Assembly: GCA_963747235.1 (NCBI GenBank)
Contig: CAVVEU010000005.1
Span: forward strand, 1-64,000
Length of the DNA: 64,000 nt
DNA from: an uncultured Candidatus Rokubacteria bacterium
Lineage (GTDB): Bacteria > Methylomirabilota > Methylomirabilia > Rokubacteriales > CSP1-6
Direction: 5' to 3'
The translations under genes were made by a program, and so were the position numbers. The notes below the pieces were generated by a model, which was not told the origin of the DNA, ran no database searches, and saw only the letters and a program-made list of their open reading frames with translations. This document shows, in pieces, positions 53,748-63,771 of the stretch. Numbering within the stretch: the stretch's first letter is position 1; each line of letters starts with the position of its first letter.

Positions 53748-54902
53748 ATGTCGTTGCCGACACTCACCGACGAGCACGAGATGCTCCGCCGGACGGTCCG
53801 CGCCTTCGTGGAGAAGGAGGTCGCGCCCCAGGTGGACGCCTGGGAGGAAGCCGGGCGGATCCCGCGCGCGTTCTGGCGGCGGCTCGGCGAGCTGGGCCTC
53901 CTCGGGCTCGAGTTCCCCACCGAGTACGGCGGCGCGGGCGGCGATTTTCTCTCCAGCGTGGTGCTGGGCGAGGAGATGGCCCGCTGCCGGTCCGGCGGCG
54001 TGGCCTTCAGCGTGCTGGTGCACACCGACATGTCCTCGCCCTGGCTCACCCGCTACGGTACCGACGCGCAGAAGCGGCGGTATCTGCCGGGCATCGTGAG
54101 CGGCGAGACGGTGTGCGCCCTCGGGATCACCGAGCCGGGCTCCGGCTCCGACATGGCGAGCATCACGACGCGGGCGGTACGCGACGGCGACAATTACAAG
54201 CTGACCGGGAGCAAGATCTTCATCACCAACGGCGTCTACGGCGATCTCTACTTCGTCGCCGCGCGGACCAGCCCCGGCACCGCGGAGCGCCGCCACGCCG
54301 GCATCTCGATGTTCCTCGTCGAGCGGGACACGCCCGGCTTCACGGTGAGCCGTCGGCTCGACAAGATGGGCATGCGCGCCTCCGACACCGCGGAGCTGTC
54401 GCTGCAGGATTGCCCGGTGCCCGCGGAGAACCTGCTGGGCGAGGAAGGCCGCGGCTTCCACCAGCTCGCGGCGGGGTTGCAGCGGGAGCGCATCATGGCC
54501 GCGGTGCTCGCGCTCTCCGGCGCGGCGCAGGCCCTCGAGGACACGCTCGCGTACGTGCGCGAGCGGCACGCCTTCGGCGAGCCCCTCGCGGCCAAGCAGG
54601 CACTGCGGCACCGGGTGGCCGACATGGCCACCGAGATCGAGGCGGCGCGCCATCTCGTCCACCACGCGGCGGCGCTCTACACCGCCGGCCGCGACTGCGT
54701 CACCGAGGTCTCGATGGCGAAGCTCTTCGCCACCGAGGTGGCCAACCGCGTCGCCTACCAGGCGGTGCAGCTCCACGGCGGCTACGGCTACATGAGCGAG
54801 TTCCCGGTCGAGCGCTTCTTCCGCGACGTGCGCCTGTGGACCATCGCCTCCGGCACCTCCGAGATCATGCGCGAGATCGTCGCGAAGCGGCTCCTCTCGT
54901 GA
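53748..54902 (+). CDS. Acyl-CoA dehydrogenase
   Basis: [35 protein letters not shown]. Confidence 0.9.
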   Translation: MSLPTLTDEHEMLRRTVRAFVEKEVAPQVDAWEEAGRIPRAFWRRLGELGLLGLEFPTEYGGAGGDFLSSVVLGEEMARCRSGGVAFSVLVHTDMSSPWLTRYGTDAQKRRYLPGIVSGETVCALGITEPGSGSDMASITTRAVRDGDNYKLTGSKIFITNGVYGDLYFVAARTSPGTAERRHAGISMFLVERDTPGFTVSRRLDKMGMRASDTAELSLQDCPVPAENLLGEEGRGFHQLAAGLQRERIMAAVLALSGAAQALEDTLAYVRERHAFGEPLAAKQALRHRVADMATEIEAARHLVHHAAALYTAGRDCVTEVSMAKLFATEVANRVAYQAVQLHGGYGYMSEFPVERFFRDVRLWTIASGTSEIMREIVAKRLLS

Positions 54903-55656
54903 CCGACGCTCCCGCCGCCAGCCTGACCGCGGAGGGCCCGGTGGCCCGGCTCACGCTCGAGCGACCGCAGGCCCGCAACGCGCTCAGCCGCGCGATGGCG
55001 GATGCGCTCGACGCGGCGCTCGAGCGCCTGGCCACGATGGACGGAGACGCGCGCGGTGGTGGTGGCCGGCCGCGGGCGGTCCTTCTGCGCGGGCGCCGAC
55101 ATCAGCGAGATGCCGACGCTGGCGCCCGCGGAGGCGGAAGGCGCTGGCCGGGCGCTGGCAGCGCATCATGGACGGCTTCGCGGCCCTGCCCCAGGTCACG
55201 ATCGCGGCGGTGCAGGGCCACGCCCTGGGCGGCGGGCTCATGCTCGCGATCGCCCAGGACCTGCGCGTGGCCGAGGCTTCCGCGCGCTTCGGGCTGCCCG
55301 AGGTCACGCTCGGCTTCAATCCGGGCTACGGCATCGCGCGGCTGCTCGACATCGCGGGCGGCGCCCACGCGCGCGATCTCATGCTCACCGCCCGGACCGT
55401 GGACGCGGCCGAGGCGCACCGCATGGGCCTGGTCACCCGCGTGGTGGCGGACGGCGCGCTCGAGGCCGCCGCGCTCGAGCTGGCGCAGCAGGTCGCGCGC
55501 TCGCCGCGGGGCGGGCTGGCCGCGACCAAGGCCATCACCGCCGACCTCCGCGCGGGCCGGGCGGGCGCCGAGCCCCGCGCCTACGGCGCGCTCCGGGCCG
55601 CCCCCGACGCGCAGGCGCGCATCGCGGCCTTCCTGAATCGCCGCCGGATCTCCTAG
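54899..55656 (+). CDS. Enoyl-CoA hydratase/isomerase; frameshifts
   Basis: RNALS, FCAGAD, AVQGHALGGG, FGLPEV. Confidence 0.85.
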
Positions 55657-55683
55657 AGAAGCCCCGAGCCAGAAAGGACACGT

Positions 55684-56718
55684 ATGGCCGCCACGCTTCC
55701 GCTCCTCTACACCCACGTGATGGGCAGCCACGGCTTCCCGTCGTGGTTCTGGACCGCGCTCGACAAGATCAAGGCGGGCGAGTACGGGCAGACCGACGTG
55801 CGCGAGACCTTCGACGACGCGACCCAGCTCGCGATCCGCGACCAGGAGCGCGCGGGCATCGACGTGCTCTGCGACGGCGAGATGCGCCGCTACTTCTTCG
55901 TGCAGACGTTCTACGGCCGCATGGAGGGCCTCGAGACGCTCGAGCCGCTGCGCAAGACCGGCCTCTACGCCTACGACAGCGTGCCGCGCTACCGCGCCAC
56001 CCGCAAGGTCACGGTGCCGAAGGGCCTCGGCACCGTGGACGAGTTCAAGTACCTGGTCACCCAGACCGACAAGCCGGTGAAGGCCACCTGCCCCGGGCCG
56101 GTGACGCTCTCGATCCACATCCAGACGCGGCCCGGCGACGCCTACGACGGAGACCGCCTCGCGCTCTGCTGGGATCTCGTGCCCGCGGTCAACGCCGAAC
56201 TGAAGGCGCTGGTCGCCGCCGGGGCGACGTGGATCCAGGTGGACGAGCCCTCCGCCGCCATCGTGCCCGGCCAGGCCGCCGAGTACGTGAAGATGTTCAA
56301 CGCCTGCGTCGAGGGCGTGAAGGCCCGGATCGGCTACCACGTCTGCTTCGGCAATCTCCTGTCGCGGCCGCGCGGCAAGCGGTCGTATCGGTGGATGTTC
56401 CCGATGCTGCTCGAGACCCGCTGCGACCAGTTCGTGTTCGAGTACGCCAACCGGGAGATGGCCGAGATCGAGATGTGGAAGGAGATCGGGGTGGACCGCG
56501 ACGTGGCCTGCGGGGTGGTTGACGTGAAGAGCTTCTACATGGAAACTCCCGAGGACATCGCGGAGCGGGTGGCCCTGTGCCTCCGATCCATCCCGGCGGA
56601 GCGGCTGTCGCTCCTGCCGGACTGCGGCTTCTTCCCGGTCCCGCGCTGGGTGGCGTTCGAGAAGCTCAAGCGTCTCACCGCCGGCGTGGCGCTGGCGCGC
56701 AAGCGGCTGCAGGGCTAG
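55684..56718 (+). CDS. Cobalamin-independent methionine synthase C-terminal (core) family Zn enzyme
   Basis: DGEMRR, IQVDEP, HVCFGN (HxC), FEYANR, PDCG. Confidence 0.85.
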   Translation: MAATLPLLYTHVMGSHGFPSWFWTALDKIKAGEYGQTDVRETFDDATQLAIRDQERAGIDVLCDGEMRRYFFVQTFYGRMEGLETLEPLRKTGLYAYDSVPRYRATRKVTVPKGLGTVDEFKYLVTQTDKPVKATCPGPVTLSIHIQTRPGDAYDGDRLALCWDLVPAVNAELKALVAAGATWIQVDEPSAAIVPGQAAEYVKMFNACVEGVKARIGYHVCFGNLLSRPRGKRSYRWMFPMLLETRCDQFVFEYANREMAEIEMWKEIGVDRDVACGVVDVKSFYMETPEDIAERVALCLRSIPAERLSLLPDCGFFPVPRWVAFEKLKRLTAGVALARKRLQG

Positions 56719-56733
56719 GACCAATCACTCTCA

Positions 56734-56779
56734 CAGAGGAGAGCCTCATGGCAACCGCAGAGGAGAGCCTCACGGCAAC
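56734..56779 (+). repeat. Tandem duplication of RBS plus start region (22 bp, 1 mismatch, period 24)
   Basis: CAGAGGAGAGCCTCATGGCAAC then CAGAGGAGAGCCTCACGGCAAC. Confidence 0.7.
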
Positions 56780-58052
56780 GACGAGACGCGAGTTCCTGAC
56801 CATGGTGGGCGGGGCGGCCGCGGCGGGCGCGGTGGCCGCGCCGGTGGTGGCGCGGGCGCAGGCGAAGAAGGGCGTGCCCACGGATCCGGTCAAGATCGGC
56901 GTGGTCGCCATCCGGGCCGGCATCGCGGCGCCGGTGGGGACCGCCGGGCTCCGCGGCACCGAGTGGTGGGCCGAGCGGGTGAACAAGGCGGGTGGCATCC
57001 TGGGCCGCAAGGTCGAGCTCGTGGTGGAGGAGGAATCCACCCCCAAGGACACCGTCGAGCGCTACCGCAAGCTCATCCTGCAGGACAAGGTCGAGGTCGT
57101 GCTGGGCGGCATCTCCACCGGCGTGACGCTGGCGCTGGCCCCGGTGGCCGAGGACCTGGCCACGCCGTGGCTCTCGTGGGACGGCACCACGCAGAAGGGC
57201 GTGGACGAGACCATGCCCAATCCCAAGTGGGCCTTCCGCAGCGTGGACAACGAGGTCGAGGCGATCGTGGCGGGCCAGCTCACCCCCAAGTACTTCAAGG
57301 GCATCAAGACGGTGGCGGGCATCGGCAACGACTACTCCTACGGCCACGACTGCTGGCAGACCTACCAGGCGGTGCTCAAGCGCTACATCCCGGACGTGAA
57401 GTTCGTGCTCGAGCTGTTTCCCAAGCTCGGGGTCACCGACTTCACCTCGCACATCGCGGCGATCCAGCAGTCGAAGGCGGATCTGCTGATGTGCTCGTTC
57501 TGGTCGGGCGACGCCACCATCATCATGAAGCAGGCGGCCGCGGTGGGCCTCTTCAAGACGATGAAGGGCGTGTTCACGACCGCGGGCGGCGTGCACGACT
57601 CGCTCAAGAAGGAGTTCACCCCCGAGGGGCTCCTGCTCGGCTACAACTCGATGTACTTCGACGATCCCAAGGGCAGCGCGCTGCTCAAGCAGTTCGTCCG
57701 CGAGTACAAGGCCAAGTACAACGAGTACCCGCCCTACGAGTGCGATCACGGCTACTTCTGCGCCGAGTCCTACAAGGCGGCGGTGGAGAAGGCCTACGCC
57801 TCGGCCGGCCAGTGGCCGTCCAAGGAGCAGACGGTGAAGGCGCTCGAGGGCATCGAGGTCGAGTCGCTCTCCGGCAAGCGGAGCTGGCGCGAGGATCACA
57901 TCCAGATGTGCAACTTCTACCAGGGCGTCACCACCCACAAGAACGCCTACGACTTCGTGACCGTCAACCCGCTCGAGGTCGTCTCCACCAAGCAGGGCAT
58001 GAAGCCGGCCGGCGCCAAGCTGATGGACTGGATCGCGGGCTGGAAGATCTGA
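56748..58052 (+). CDS. Liv/HAAT-type ABC substrate-binding protein with Tat signal
   Basis: TRREFL Tat motif, NKAGGILGRKVEL, DYSYGHD. Confidence 0.85.
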   Translation: MATAEESLTATTRREFLTMVGGAAAAGAVAAPVVARAQAKKGVPTDPVKIGVVAIRAGIAAPVGTAGLRGTEWWAERVNKAGGILGRKVELVVEEESTPKDTVERYRKLILQDKVEVVLGGISTGVTLALAPVAEDLATPWLSWDGTTQKGVDETMPNPKWAFRSVDNEVEAIVAGQLTPKYFKGIKTVAGIGNDYSYGHDCWQTYQAVLKRYIPDVKFVLELFPKLGVTDFTSHIAAIQQSKADLLMCSFWSGDATIIMKQAAAVGLFKTMKGVFTTAGGVHDSLKKEFTPEGLLLGYNSMYFDDPKGSALLKQFVREYKAKYNEYPPYECDHGYFCAESYKAAVEKAYASAGQWPSKEQTVKALEGIEVESLSGKRSWREDHIQMCNFYQGVTTHKNAYDFVTVNPLEVVSTKQGMKPAGAKLMDWIAGWKI

Positions 58053-58109
58053 GCCCCCCCACCCTCCCTCCCCCTCGGGAGAGGCCGGTCCCCCCTCTCC
58101 GCGAGAGGG
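58053..58109. repeat. Degenerate REP-like element
   Basis: CCCCCCCACCCTCCCTCCCCCTCGGGAGAGG..CCCTCTCCGCGAGAGGG. Confidence 0.55.
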
Positions 58110-58114
58110 CGCGT

Positions 58115-59106
58115 ATGGCCGCCGCGCCTTCCTGGCTCTGCTCACAACCGGCGTCGTCACCCTGCCGCGTCCCGCCGGCGCGCAGCCGGCGGGGCGCGTC
58201 TACCGTCTGGGCATCCTCGCGCCCACCGCCGCGCCGCCACCGTCGGAGCAGAACGTGGCCGTGATCCTGATCCCGAAGGCCCTGCGGAACATGGGCTATG
58301 CGCCGGGCCGCGATCTCGTGGTCGACGTGCGCTACGCCGAGGGGCAACTCGACCGGCTCCCCGGCGCTGGCGCGCGACCTGGTCCGGCTCCGGATGGACG
58401 TCATCGTGGCGATCAGCGCGGCCGCCGCACGGGCGGTCAAGGCGGCGACGACCACGATCCCGATCGTCCTGTACGGGAACCTCGACCCGGTCGCGGCCGG
58501 GCTCGTCAAGAGCCTCGCCAAGCCCGAGGGCAACGTCACCGGCGTCCTGATCGCGCCCGCCGGAACCCTGGCGGCCAAGAAGCTGGAGCTCCTCAAGGAA
58601 GCGGTCCCCGGGGCCGACCCGGATCGCCTTCCTCGCCCCCTCGGATCCCGGCATCAGGCTCCAGGTGCAGGAGACACGGCAGGCCGCGGCGACGCTCGGC
58701 ATCAAGCTCGCCGTCACCGAGGTCCAGGCCGGCGACTACGAGCGCGCCTTCGCCGCGCTGACGCCGAGCGGCCCGAGGCCCTCTTCGTCGGCGCGCACAC
58801 CTTCTTCGTCCGCGACCGGAAGCGGATCATCGCGCTCGCCGCCAAGCACCGTCTGCCCGCGATGTACGAATGGCCGGAGCAGGTCGAGGACGGCGGTCTG
58901 ATGTCCTACGGCAGCAGCCTCCCCGGAACCACCCGGCGGGTCGCCGAGTCTACGTGGACCGGCTCTTCAAGGGCGCCCGGCCCGGCGACCTGCCGGTCGA
59001 GCAGCCCGCCGAGTTCCAGCTCGTGATCAACCTCCGCACCGCCCGGGCCCTCGGGCTCGCCATCCCGCCGGCGCTCGTCGCGCGGGCCGATCGCGTCATC
59101 GAGTAG
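58115..59106 (+). CDS. Fifth COG2984/PF04392-type SBP inside the liv operon; several frameshifts
   Basis: RRAFL signal, [40 protein letters not shown]. Confidence 0.8.
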
Positions 59107-59122
59107 CCGGAACGCTCTTCGC

Positions 59123-60010
59123 TTGACCGCGAACGTCGTCAACATCCTGATGAGCGGCATCTTCCACGCCGCCATCCTGTTCCTGGTCTCGGCGGGGCTG
59201 CAGCTCGTCTTCGGCGTGCAGAAGATCTTCAACCTCGCGTGCGGGTCGTTCTACGCCCTCGGCGCCTACGTGGGGGTCTCCGCGGTCGCCGCGTTCACGA
59301 CCGCGGGCGGGCCACCGTTCCTCTTCATCGTGCCGCTCGCGCTCGCGGGCATCCTGGTCGGCTCGGTGGGCCTCGTGGTGGAGCGCGGGCTGCTCCGCTT
59401 CGTCTACGACCGCGACGAGACCTTCCAGCTCCTGCTCACCTTCGCGCTCGTCCTCATGATGGAGGACGCGATCCGCCTCACCTGGGGCACCGCGCCCCAG
59501 TCGACCTCCGGGCACTACCTGCTCTACGGCCAGGCCCGGGTGCTGGGCGCCGTGATCCCCGTCTATAACTTGATCGTCATCGCGGCCAGCGTGCTGATCG
59601 CGGCGGGCCTCGGCTTCATGCTGACCCGCACCGCGTTCGGCCGCATCATCCGGGCCGCCGCCGACAACCGCGAGATGGCCGAGGCGCTCGGGGTGGACAT
59701 GCGCGGCGTCTACGCCCGGGTCTTCACCCTCGGCACCGCGCTCGGCACGCTCGGGGGCGCGCTCGTCATCCCGGCCACCGCGGCGATGAGCGAGATGGGC
59801 ATCGAGCTGATCGTCGAGGCCTTCGCGGTGGTGGTGATCGGCGGGCTCGGCAGCATGCGCGGCGCGCTGGTGGGCGCCCTCGTGGTCGGCGTGCTCCGCT
59901 CGGTGGCGATCAGCGTGTATCCCGAGATCGAGATGCTCCTGATCTACCTGATCGTGATCGCGGTGCTGCTCCTGCGCCCCCGTGGGCTCTTCGGCGGAGC
60001 GGCCGCGTGA
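59123..60010 (+). CDS. livH: Branched-chain-type ABC permease
   Basis: GLQLVFG..FNLA.GSFY, TAFGRIIRA, VVIGGLGS. Confidence 0.85.
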   Translation: MTANVVNILMSGIFHAAILFLVSAGLQLVFGVQKIFNLACGSFYALGAYVGVSAVAAFTTAGGPPFLFIVPLALAGILVGSVGLVVERGLLRFVYDRDETFQLLLTFALVLMMEDAIRLTWGTAPQSTSGHYLLYGQARVLGAVIPVYNLIVIAASVLIAAGLGFMLTRTAFGRIIRAAADNREMAEALGVDMRGVYARVFTLGTALGTLGGALVIPATAAMSEMGIELIVEAFAVVVIGGLGSMRGALVGALVVGVLRSVAISVYPEIEMLLIYLIVIAVLLLRPRGLFGGAAA

Positions 60011-60948
60011 AGGGGCGCGTGGTCCTGGGCCTGGCGCTCCTGGCGCTGCTCGTCCTGCCGCTCGTGCTGAGCCCCTACCGCCTGCTGCTCATGCTGCCGT
60101 TCATGGCCTACGGGGTGATCCTGCTCGGGCTCAACCTGCTCTTCGGCTACACCGGCCTCGTCTCCTTCGGCCACGCGCTCTTCGTGGGCATCGGGGCCTA
60201 CACCGGCGCCTTCCTCACCACCCACGCGGGCATCCGCTCGCTGGAGGTGATCGTGCTCGCCGCCGCGATCCTGGGCGCGCTCGCCGCCGCCCTGGTCGGC
60301 CTCCTCTGCGTGCGCTACGTGAAGATCTACTTCGGCATGCTCACGCTCGCCTTCGGCATGGTCTTCTACACCTTCCTGCTCAAGTTCTACCGGCTCACCG
60401 GCGGCGACGAGGGCATGCAGGTGCTGCGGCCGCTCCTGCTCGGGTTCAACCTGGACGCGATGCCGAAGACCACCTACCTGGTCGGCCCGTACTATTACTA
60501 CTGCCTGGGCGTGCTGGTGGTGGCCGCCGCGGTCATGTGGCGGATCGTGCACTCGCCCTTCGGCCTCTGCCTGCGCACGATCCGCGACAATCCGATGAAG
60601 GCGGAAGCGCTCGGAGTGAGCGTGACGCGCTATCGCTGGTACGCCTTCGTCATCTCGGCGGTGTTCGCGGCGGTGGGCGGCGCGCTCCTCGGTCCGCCCA
60701 CCGGCAACGTGGATCCGACACTGGCCTACTGGACCCACTCGGGCAATCTCGTGTTCATGGCCCTGCTGGGCGGCTTCGCGAGCTTCTTCGGCCCGGTGCT
60801 GGGCGCCTTCGTGTTCATCTTCCTGCAGGACACGGTGATGTCGGTGGTGCCCTACTGGCGGCTCGTCTTCGGCGCCATCCTGGCCATCATCGTGATCTTC
60901 GCCCCGGGCGGGCTCATGGGCTTCTTCGTGAGGCCGCGGCCGTCGTGA
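60007..60948 (+). CDS. livM: Branched-chain-type ABC permease
   Basis: LLFGYTGLVSFGHA, TGGDEG, SPFG..IRDN. Confidence 0.85.
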   Translation: MKGRVVLGLALLALLVLPLVLSPYRLLLMLPFMAYGVILLGLNLLFGYTGLVSFGHALFVGIGAYTGAFLTTHAGIRSLEVIVLAAAILGALAAALVGLLCVRYVKIYFGMLTLAFGMVFYTFLLKFYRLTGGDEGMQVLRPLLLGFNLDAMPKTTYLVGPYYYYCLGVLVVAAAVMWRIVHSPFGLCLRTIRDNPMKAEALGVSVTRYRWYAFVISAVFAAVGGALLGPPTGNVDPTLAYWTHSGNLVFMALLGGFASFFGPVLGAFVFIFLQDTVMSVVPYWRLVFGAILAIIVIFAPGGLMGFFVRPRPS

Positions 60949-61742
60949 CCGGCGAGGCCATTCTCGAGGCGCGCGACGTCCGCAAGCTCTACGGCGATTT
61001 CGTCGCGCTCGACGGGGTGAGCCTCGCGGTGGGCGCGGGCGAGTTCGTCTCCATCATCGGCCCCAACGGCGCGGGCAAGTCCACGCTCATCAACGTGCTC
61101 ACCGGCGTGCTGCGGCCCACCGCGGGGACGGTGCGCTTCAAGGCGCGCGACGTGGCCGGCATCGGCCCGGTGGCGCTGACCCGGCTCGGCCTCGCCCGGA
61201 GCTTCCAGCTCGTGCAGATCTTCCCCGACCTCACCGTGCTCGAGACCCTGCTGGCCCCGGTCATCTCCCGGCTCGGCCGGGGCACGTCGCTCTTCCGCTC
61301 GCTGGCCGGCGATCGCGAGGTGCAGGACGGCGCGCTCGAGGTGGCGGAGCTCTTCGGGCTGGCCGACAAGCGTCACGTGCCCGCGCGCCAGCTCCCCCAG
61401 GGCGACAAGAAGCTCCTCGACGTGGCCTCCGCCTTCGCCCTCAAGCCGGAGATCATCTTGCTGGATGAGCCCACCAGCGGGGTGAGCACCGCGGAGAAGT
61501 CGGCCATCATGGAGATCCTGGTGACCGCGTCCCGGCGCATGGGCCTCAAGGCGATCATCCAGGTCGAGCACGACATGGATATCGTCTTCGGCTACTCGGA
61601 CCGCATCGTCGCGCTCCACCAGGGGAAGATCCTGGCCGACGCGACGCCCGCCGCGATCCGCGCCGACGCGCGCGTGGTGGACATGGTCATCGGCCGCACC
61701 CACCACATACCCTCTCCCCCTTCGGGGGAGAGGGCAGGGTGA
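60945..61742 (+). CDS. livG: ABC ATP-binding protein
   Basis: GPNGAGKST, ARSFQ, LLDEPTSG, VEHDMD. Confidence 0.9.
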   Translation: MTGEAILEARDVRKLYGDFVALDGVSLAVGAGEFVSIIGPNGAGKSTLINVLTGVLRPTAGTVRFKARDVAGIGPVALTRLGLARSFQLVQIFPDLTVLETLLAPVISRLGRGTSLFRSLAGDREVQDGALEVAELFGLADKRHVPARQLPQGDKKLLDVASAFALKPEIILLDEPTSGVSTAEKSAIMEILVTASRRMGLKAIIQVEHDMDIVFGYSDRIVALHQGKILADATPAAIRADARVVDMVIGRTHHIPSPPSGERAG

Positions 61743-61746
61743 GGGG
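61710..61746. repeat. Half REP-like element supplying the livG stop and livF RBS
   Basis: CCCTCTCCCCC-TTC-GGGGGAGAGGGCAGGGTGAGGGG, matching the right arm at 12833-12854. Confidence 0.8.
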
Positions 61747-61747
61747 G

Positions 61748-62455
61748 ATGCTCAGCGTGGAGAGCATCGACGTCTTCATCCAGTCGAGCCATATCCTGCG
61801 GCAGGTCTCCCTCGAGGTCCGCGACCGCGAGGTGGTCTGCCTGGTGGGCCGCAACGGCGCGGGCAAGACCACCACGCTGCGCGCGATCATGGGGTACCTC
61901 CACCCGCGGGCCGGCCGCATCGTCTTCCAGGGCGAGGCGATCCACGGGCGCCGCACCCACGAGATCGCCCAGCGCGGCGTCGGCTTCGCGCCGGAGGACG
62001 GCGGGATCTTCACGGATCTCACGGTGGCGGAGAACATCGAGATCGCCACCTGGACGCGGCCGGGCGGCCGCCCCGCGGCGGAGCGCGTCGAGCGCGCCTA
62101 CGAGGTGTTCCCGGCGCTGCGGGGCTACCGCCACCGCAAGGGCCCCGAGATGAGCGGCGGCGAGCGGAAGATGCTCTCGGTGGCGCGGGCGCTCGCGCTC
62201 GATCCCCACATGCTGGTGCTCGACGAGCCCTTCGAGGGCCTCTCGCCCGCGATCATCCCGGCGGTCAGCCGCGGCCTCGCCGAGATCACCCAGCGCGGGC
62301 ACGCGATCCTGCTCGCCGAGTCCAATATCCACCACGTGCCCGAGTTCACCACGCGCCTCTACGTGATCGAGCGCGGCGAGATCATCTTCGCGGGGCGCCC
62401 CGACGCGGTCCACGACGACGCGGCGGTCATGCGGATCATCGGCGGGGCGGCGTGA
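61748..62455 (+). CDS. livF: ABC ATP-binding protein
   Basis: GRNGAGKTT, MSGGERKM, LDEPFEGL. Confidence 0.9.
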   Translation: MLSVESIDVFIQSSHILRQVSLEVRDREVVCLVGRNGAGKTTTLRAIMGYLHPRAGRIVFQGEAIHGRRTHEIAQRGVGFAPEDGGIFTDLTVAENIEIATWTRPGGRPAAERVERAYEVFPALRGYRHRKGPEMSGGERKMLSVARALALDPHMLVLDEPFEGLSPAIIPAVSRGLAEITQRGHAILLAESNIHHVPEFTTRLYVIERGEIIFAGRPDAVHDDAAVMRIIGGAA

Positions 62456-62472
62456 GTGCCGCGACGCGATAC

Positions 62473-63333
62473 TCAGCGCGCGGCGGCGCGGATCTCGTCG
62501 AGGACGGGCAGGATGTAGCGGCGGAAGTGGGCCGGGTTCTCGGCCATCGGGAAATGGCCGATCTCGGTCATGACCGTGAAGCGCGCGCCCGGGATCTTCT
62601 CGGCGGTGAGCCGCGTGTCCTCCGGCGTGCACGAGAAATCGTACTCGCCGGTCAGCAGGTAGAGCGGGCAGCGCCCGGTGTCGATCTGGCCGACTCGATC
62701 GCGGAAGTCGCCGTCCACTCGGTAGAAGTGGAGATCGCCCTTGAACACGCCCGGCCCGCCCTGCATGTAGCCCCAGAGCGTCTCCCAGCGCGTCTCGTCC
62801 GGGCTCTGCGGGGCGATGAGCCCCGACATGAGCGCGCCGCAGAGCTCGCCGCCGTGCACGTCGGGGCGATGGAGCCACCCGGTGTCGTCGTACCAGGGTG
62901 GCTGGTAGGCGGCGGACTCGAGCCCGATCAGGGCGCGGAAGCGCTCGGGGTGCGTCCGCGCCAGCTCGAGCACGATCTTGCCCCCGATCGAGCAGCCGAG
63001 CACCACCGGCCGCTCGAGGCCGAGCGCGGCGCAGAAGGCCAGGATGAGATTCACGTAGCCGCGCGTGGTGAGGCGATACTCCTCGTCCTGCCAGCCCGCC
63101 GGCGGCAGGGACTTGCCGTGCCACGGCATGTCGAAGGCCAGCACGCGGAAGTGGCGGGTGATCGCCTCGTCGTTCAGCAGGTGGCGGAACTGGCGGCCGT
63201 CGGCGCCCGCGGTGTGCAGGCACACGAGCGGGATCCCCTGCCCCGCCTCCTCGAAGTAGAGGCGGTGCGCGCGGCCGTCGAGAGACAGGCGCAGGTACGT
63301 CCCCTTGATCGGCTCGAAGATCGGCTCGGTCAC
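62473..63333 (-). CDS. Alpha/beta hydrolase
   Basis: LHTAGADG, DMPWHGKS, GCSIGG nucleophile elbow, GEYD, GHFPM. Confidence 0.85.
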   Translation of the reverse strand: MTEPIFEPIKGTYLRLSLDGRAHRLYFEEAGQGIPLVCLHTAGADGRQFRHLLNDEAITRHFRVLAFDMPWHGKSLPPAGWQDEEYRLTTRGYVNLILAFCAALGLERPVVLGCSIGGKIVLELARTHPERFRALIGLESAAYQPPWYDDTGWLHRPDVHGGELCGALMSGLIAPQSPDETRWETLWGYMQGGPGVFKGDLHFYRVDGDFRDRVGQIDTGRCPLYLLTGEYDFSCTPEDTRLTAEKIPGARFTVMTEIGHFPMAENPAHFRRYILPVLDEIRAAAR

Positions 63334-63723
63334 TCAGCCCCTCCGCCGGGGCGCGGCCACCACGTCCTTGACGTAGCGGAGGTGGGCCATGAGCGGCGCC
63401 AGGTCGCCCTCGATCCGGGCCACCCCGAGCTTCTTCATCGCGAAGAGGTCGTGGTATCCGGGCGCGGGCATGGGCTCCCAGAAGCGCTGCCAGGTCTCGG
63501 CGGAGGCGCGCAGCGCGAAGGTCCAGGAGCGCATCAGGAAGGGCCCGCGCTCGACCGCGGCCAGACGGCCTTCCACCACCCGCACCAGGAACTCGACGTC
63601 GCCGGCCTCGACCAGGAAGGTGGCGGTGAGATAGCGCCCCCTCCGGACCAGCCCCGCATCGTTATTGACCAGATCCGGGAGAGATAGGATGCTCGCATGG
63701 GTCTCGGCCGCGGCAACGCTCAT
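63334..63723 (-). CDS. Hypothetical protein, possibly SCP2-like fold
   Basis: 129-aa ORF adjacent to the hydrolase; RIEGDL motif. Confidence 0.6.
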   Translation of the reverse strand: MSVAAAETHASILSLPDLVNNDAGLVRRGRYLTATFLVEAGDVEFLVRVVEGRLAAVERGPFLMRSWTFALRASAETWQRFWEPMPAPGYHDLFAMKKLGVARIEGDLAPLMAHLRYVKDVVAAPRRRG

Positions 63724-63732
63724 CGCCGGGAC

Positions 63733-63740
63733 AGTATAAT
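63733..63740. promoter_or_regulatory. Overlapping divergent -10 boxes
   Basis: TATAAT (+, 63735-63740) and TATACT (-, 63733-63738). Confidence 0.5.
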
Positions 63741-63771
63741 CGCTCTCATCCCTAGTAAGGAGGACACGCTG

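Noticed and set aside
56734-56779. 22-bp direct repeat as an operator or target-site duplication
   Set aside because: An in-frame local duplication of the RBS/start with nothing inserted between copies; probably replication slippage
294-59106. Frameshifts in many genes as pseudogenisation or programmed frameshifting
   Set aside because: They hit housekeeping genes (hemE, hemH), fall in GC runs without slippery heptamers, and are not accompanied by in-frame stops; long-read indel errors are the simplest explanation
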